NCBI GenBank assembly: GCA_026416845.1
Contig: JAOAEL010000004.1
Location: forward strand, 11,271-75,270
DNA: 64,000 nt
Direction: 5' to 3'
Source of the DNA: Patescibacteria group bacterium
Lineage (GTDB): Bacteria; Patescibacteriota; Microgenomatia; UBA8517
The position numbers were made by a program, and so were the translations under genes. Positions 59,650 through 64,000 of this stretch are shown here, piece by piece. Within the stretch, counting starts at the first letter, position 1. Each line of letters starts with the position of its first letter. Under the pieces are notes generated by a model. It ran no database searches and was not told the DNA's origin. It saw only the letters and a list, made by a program, of their open reading frames with translations.

Positions 59650-61329
59650 ATGAAAATAAAAAATTCTGTACCTAAAAAATGGGAGCTTTTGTATTCCGGC
59701 AAAGTTTTTGACGAAAATGAAATTATTGAAATTTTGTTAAAAAATAGAGGTTGTCAAACTGAGAAACAAAAAAATGAATTTTTAAAACCAAAACATCCGC
59801 TTGATGTTAGTCTCTTGGATGTTGGTATGGACAAAGATGCGGTTAGGGAATCAATAACCAGAATAGTAAAAGCCATAAAAAACAAAGAACATATTTTGAT
59901 ATATGGAGATTATGACGCAGATGGCGTGTGTGCAACAGCCATAATGTGGGAAAGCTTGTATAAATACACAAAAAATGTGATGCCTTATATCCCCAATCGT
60001 TTTTCTGAAGGTTATGGAATAAATGCAGACAGCATAGTTTCAATAAAAAGCCAAAACCCAAAAGTATCTTTAATTATTACTGTTGACAATGGAATTGTTG
60101 CCTGTGATGCGGTAAAAAGAGCCAAAGATTTGGGGATTGATGTAATTGTTACGGATCATCACCAAAAAGGTGAAAATTTACCTGATGCTTACTCTATAGT
60201 TCATACAGATAAAATATCGGGTGCTGGAATTTCTTGGATATTTTGTCGGGAGTTGTTGAAGAAATTGTCAAAGGAAGATGTGCCAAATGTGGCTATTTCT
60301 GCACTTGATTTATGCGCTATAGGGACGATATCTGATCAAATGCCCTTGCTTAGCACTAATAGATCTTTTGCAAAGTATGGAATTAAACAAATTAATTTGA
60401 CAAAAAGAATTGGTCTTAAGGCTCTTGTTGAAACAGCTGGATTGCAAATGGGAAAAATTGGGGTTTATGAAATTAATTTTCATATAGCTCCTCGAATAAA
60501 TGCAACTGGCAGGCTTGATTCGGCAATTGATTCTCTGAGACTTTTGTGTGTCAAGAATCAAAAAAGAGCTTGCCAATTAGCAGAATCTCTTAACAAGACC
60601 AATATAGAAAGACAAAAGATATTGGATGAAGTTTTGTCATTGGCAAGAAAAGAGGTAGAAAAGCAAGTTTGGCAGGGAGTGATAGTTGTCGCCCACGAGA
60701 CTTTCCATGAAGGAGTGATAGGGCTTGCTGCCTCCAAGATTGTTGAACAATATTATTTGCCCGCAATTGTGATTTCAAAAGGCGAATCGGTATCAAAAGC
60801 ATCAGCAAGATCAATCTCAGGCTTTAATATCATAGAGTCAATAAGGCAACACTCACAATTGATATTAAATGGAGGCGGTCACCCAATGGCGGCTGGTTTT
60901 TCCATAGAAACCGCCAAGATAGAACAATTTACCCAGCAAATATTAAAATCTTCTTCCACTACAATTACTGATGAGGTAAAAACCAGAAAGCTTAAAATTG
61001 ATTTAAGTTTAGGTCTTGATCAAATCACCACTTCCCTTTATGAGAAGTTACAACTTTTTGAACCAGTAGGTGTTGCCAATCCTAATCCGGTTTTTATGAC
61101 AGGAAGTTTAACAGTGAAAGATCTGAAAGTTGTTGGCAACGATGGCAAGCATATCAAATTGGTTTTATCAGATGCTAGTAATTTAATTAACGCGATTGGG
61201 TTTAACATGGTTGATTTTAATATTAAAATTGGCGATGTGGTTGACGTTGCGTATACAATTGAGTTAAATGCATGGAATGGTCAAGAAACTTTGGAATTAA
61301 AATTAAAGGATTTAAAAAAACATGGTTGA
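59650..61329 (+). CDS. recJ: single-stranded DNA exonuclease RecJ
   Basis: YGDYDADG, TVDNG, TDHH, PRINATGR, SARS, GGHPMAAG. Confidence 0.96.
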   Translation: MKIKNSVPKKWELLYSGKVFDENEIIEILLKNRGCQTEKQKNEFLKPKHPLDVSLLDVGMDKDAVRESITRIVKAIKNKEHILIYGDYDADGVCATAIMWESLYKYTKNVMPYIPNRFSEGYGINADSIVSIKSQNPKVSLIITVDNGIVACDAVKRAKDLGIDVIVTDHHQKGENLPDAYSIVHTDKISGAGISWIFCRELLKKLSKEDVPNVAISALDLCAIGTISDQMPLLSTNRSFAKYGIKQINLTKRIGLKALVETAGLQMGKIGVYEINFHIAPRINATGRLDSAIDSLRLLCVKNQKRACQLAESLNKTNIERQKILDEVLSLARKEVEKQVWQGVIVVAHETFHEGVIGLAASKIVEQYYLPAIVISKGESVSKASARSISGFNIIESIRQHSQLILNGGGHPMAAGFSIETAKIEQFTQQILKSSSTTITDEVKTRKLKIDLSLGLDQITTSLYEKLQLFEPVGVANPNPVFMTGSLTVKDLKVVGNDGKHIKLVLSDASNLINAIGFNMVDFNIKIGDVVDVAYTIELNAWNGQETLELKLKDLKKHG

Positions 61330-62815
61330 TTTAGAAAACAAGTTTAATCAATTAAAGAACAAACTATTTGATCGGAATTTTAGCAAAGAGGATATTTTGT
61401 TGTTAGAAAAAGCTTGGGAATTTGCAAAATTGGCTCACATCGGGCAAAAAAGAGATTCCGGGGAATGGTTTTTGGCGCATCCGCTTAATACTGCTATTTA
61501 TCTTGCTGATTGGAAAATGGACATAACTTCAATTGTTTCTGGCATATTGCACGACACTATTGATTGGGGTGGGGCCAAAAGCGAGGATTTAGTACAAGAA
61601 TTTGGACACGAAATAGCAAATTTAGTGCAAAGTGTTTCTCGTGTGTCAAAGGCTAAGGTGAGGGGAAATGACAATGAGATTTTTGTCGAAAATTTACGAA
61701 AAATGATCCTTGCAATGGCTAAAGATTTGCGCGTTGTTGTCATAAGAATGGCTGAGAGACTTGATAATCTTGCCACTTTGTACGCGCTTCCCGTTGACAG
61801 GCAAGTAAGATTTGCAAAAGAAACTATAGAAATTTTTGCTCCGCTTGCTGAGAGGCTTGGAATGGGTGAGATAAAAGGGAAATTAGAGGATATGGCGTTT
61901 CCTTATTTATACAAAAGTGAATATGAAAGAGTGCTTAAAGAATCCAAGCCTTATTATTCCAATGCCGAACAGCACATCAAGAAAATTAGGCATACTCTTT
62001 TGAGAAGATTGGTAGAAAATGGCATACAAGCAGAAGTGCATGCGCGCAAAAAACATTTGTACTCTTTATGGAAAAAACTAAATAGGCCAAATATAAATTG
62101 GGATTTTGAGAAAATTCATGATATTGTGGCTCTTAGGATCTTGGTAAATACTGTTGCCGATTGCTATGCCGCTTTGGGTATTGTGCATCATACTTATAGG
62201 CCCATTCCTGATATTGGTATATCTGATTTTATTGCCCAACCAAAGCCCAATGGTTATAGATCAATACACACTAAAGTTTTAGGTCCTCAGGGCAGGTTTG
62301 TTGAGATACAAATTAGAACGTTTGAAATGCATGAGCAGGCAGAGTACGGTGCAGCTTCTCACTGGGCGTATTCTGAAGCAAAGTCTAAAGGAGCAAGCGA
62401 TGAACGTTTGGAGAAAGGTTTGATAAAAGTTGATGAGAACAAATTGCGATGGGTTAAACAATTGGCAAAGTGGCAGGAAGAAATTTCTGATTCTGAAGAA
62501 TTTCTAAAGGCTGTTAAGTTTGATGCCTTAAGTGACAGGATCTTTGTATTTTCGCCAAAAGGAGATGTCTATGATTTGCCTGTTGGCGCAACGCCTGTTG
62601 ATTTTGCATATGCTGTGCATACAGATTTGGGTGATTACATAAAAGTTGCAAAAGTTAATAACAAAATAGTTCCGCTTAATTACAAACTTTCAAACAGTGA
62701 TGTAGTTGAGATAATAAAGCACAAAAATCCAGTCAAGCCTAATAACGATTGGTTAAGTTTTGTAGTTACCACAACAGCAAGACGCCAGATTCAAAAAAGG
62801 TTAAGAGAGAAGTAA
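61322..62815 (+). CDS. rel: RelA/SpoT family (p)ppGpp synthetase with HD, SYNTH and TGS domains only
   Basis: RKKHLYS, DIVALR, PKPNGYRSIHT, EIQIRT, AEYGAASHW, TGS (PVDFAYAVHT). Confidence 0.9.
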   Translation: MVDLENKFNQLKNKLFDRNFSKEDILLLEKAWEFAKLAHIGQKRDSGEWFLAHPLNTAIYLADWKMDITSIVSGILHDTIDWGGAKSEDLVQEFGHEIANLVQSVSRVSKAKVRGNDNEIFVENLRKMILAMAKDLRVVVIRMAERLDNLATLYALPVDRQVRFAKETIEIFAPLAERLGMGEIKGKLEDMAFPYLYKSEYERVLKESKPYYSNAEQHIKKIRHTLLRRLVENGIQAEVHARKKHLYSLWKKLNRPNINWDFEKIHDIVALRILVNTVADCYAALGIVHHTYRPIPDIGISDFIAQPKPNGYRSIHTKVLGPQGRFVEIQIRTFEMHEQAEYGAASHWAYSEAKSKGASDERLEKGLIKVDENKLRWVKQLAKWQEEISDSEEFLKAVKFDALSDRIFVFSPKGDVYDLPVGATPVDFAYAVHTDLGDYIKVAKVNNKIVPLNYKLSNSDVVEIIKHKNPVKPNNDWLSFVVTTTARRQIQKRLREK

Positions 62816-63046
62816 AGACATTTCTTGAAAAAATTTTATTGGGTTTCTTAGGCAAATTAAATGTTTTTTATGTTTACAGAAATTGTTTTAAATGTTAAAC
62901 TCAAACCTAAATTTTTGTTGTTTGTTTTGAGTTTGAGGTTTTCTTTATAATAATAGATATAATTTTATTTTATGCTAGTACTAACAAAAAAGTTGATCAA
63001 AAGAGCTTGTAGCAAAGTTCTAGATCTTTAAAAGTTAATTTTGATT

Positions 63047-64000
63047 ATGTTAAGAACTCTTACAAAGGATACAGTAAAAAAAATTGGTAAAAAAGTTTTA
63101 CTTAAAGGTTGGATTGCTTCAATTAGAGATCATGGAAAAGTTGTTTTTGTTGATTTAAGGGATCGAAGCGGTGTTGTTCAATGTGTTGGACAAAATTTGA
63201 ATAAGGTTTCAGTTGAAAGCGTTGTTGAGATTCTGGGTGTTGTTGTCAAGCGGCCGGAGAAGTTGATTAACAAGAATATACAAACAGGCGCTATCGAAGT
63301 GCAGATTGAAAAAATGGATGTAATAAGCCCTGCAAAAGAGCTTCCCATACCCATAGATACTGATGGATACGAGATAGATGAAATTGCTCGCAACAAATAT
63401 AGGTATCTTGATCTCAGACGTCAAAGAATGACAAACAATATTAAATTGCGATCAATAATTGCCAATTTTATGAGGCAGTGGTTTCTTAAAAGAGATTTTG
63501 TTGAAATAGAAACTCCAATACTTACAAAAACTACTCCAGAAGGGGCGAGAGATTTTTTAGTTCCATCTCGCCTTCAACCCGGGAAATTTTACGCTTTGCC
63601 GCAATCTCCTCAGCAATACAAACAGCTTTTGATGGTAGCCGGATTTGAAAGGTATTTTCAACTGGCGAGGTGTTTCAGAGATGAAGATCCCAGAAAAGAT
63701 AGAGCTTATGGAGAATTCACGCAGCTTGACATTGAGATGAGCTTTGTGACGCAGAATGATATTTTAGTTTTGATTGAAAAAATGTTTACTGATTTGATTC
63801 AAAAGATTTTTCCTGAAAAGCATATAACACAAAAACCGTGGCCAAGAATTCCTCACAAAGAAGCGATTGAAAAATATGGCAGTGACAAGCCTGATCTTAG
63901 AAAGAATAAAAATGACAAAGATGAATTGGCTTTTGCTTGGATTATTGATTTTCCTCTTTTTACAGAACAATCGGCAGATGATTTTTATTATGGTTCAGGT
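63047..64000 (+). CDS. aspS: aspartyl-tRNA synthetase, 5' part (runs off the window)
   Basis: Translated by hand: MLRTLT...GW..IRDHGKVVFVDLRD, YRYLDLRR, TPEGARDFLVP, LPQSPQQYKQ, RCFRDED, EFTQLDIEM, YGSDKPDLR. Confidence 0.95.
   Translation, partial: MLRTLTKDTVKKIGKKVLLKGWIASIRDHGKVVFVDLRDRSGVVQCVGQNLNKVSVESVVEILGVVVKRPEKLINKNIQTGAIEVQIEKMDVISPAKELPIPIDTDGYEIDEIARNKYRYLDLRRQRMTNNIKLRSIIANFMRQWFLKRDFVEIETPILTKTTPEGARDFLVPSRLQPGKFYALPQSPQQYKQLLMVAGFERYFQLARCFRDEDPRKDRAYGEFTQLDIEMSFVTQNDILVLIEKMFTDLIQKIFPEKHITQKPWPRIPHKEAIEKYGSDKPDLRKNKNDKDELAFAWIIDFPLFTEQSADDFYYGSG

Noticed and set aside
62990-63030. Hairpin upstream of aspS as a T-box or attenuator
   Set aside because: Short 7-bp stem only, with no T-box consensus or terminator.
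1-64000. CRISPR arrays, cas genes, reverse transcriptases, rRNA
   Set aside because: No regularly spaced repeats or matching protein/RNA motifs were seen by eye.

Overview
This 64 kb window is chromosomal DNA from a low-GC bacterium with a reduced genome. The gene content and divergent housekeeping proteins suggest Patescibacteria/CPR, probably Microgenomates (inference). From start to end it holds: the end of the ribosomal alpha operon plus rplM-rpsI; an isoprenoid cluster (IDI-2, polyprenyl synthase, extended UppS); pepF; tRNA-Pro(GGG); an accessory block with a Type III restriction-modification system; recA-recX-rny-hup; miaA; RNase P RNA; a type IV pilus locus; an AT-rich block with a LeuD-LeuC-like fusion, a YrdC-like gene, a LeuA-family synthase, a two-component pair and glgP; then comM/yifB, dtd, nth, secDF, cca, recJ, rel and the start of aspS. 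The strongest unexplained signal lies between mod and res. A DUF3800-like gene sits there with a convergent ~100-nt structured non-coding RNA on the minus strand, which has its own near-consensus sigma70 promoter, a four-way junction with two GCAA tetraloops, and a shared bidirectional terminator. This is a candidate RNA-protein module inside a defence locus. All calls come from reading motifs by eye; no database searches were run.
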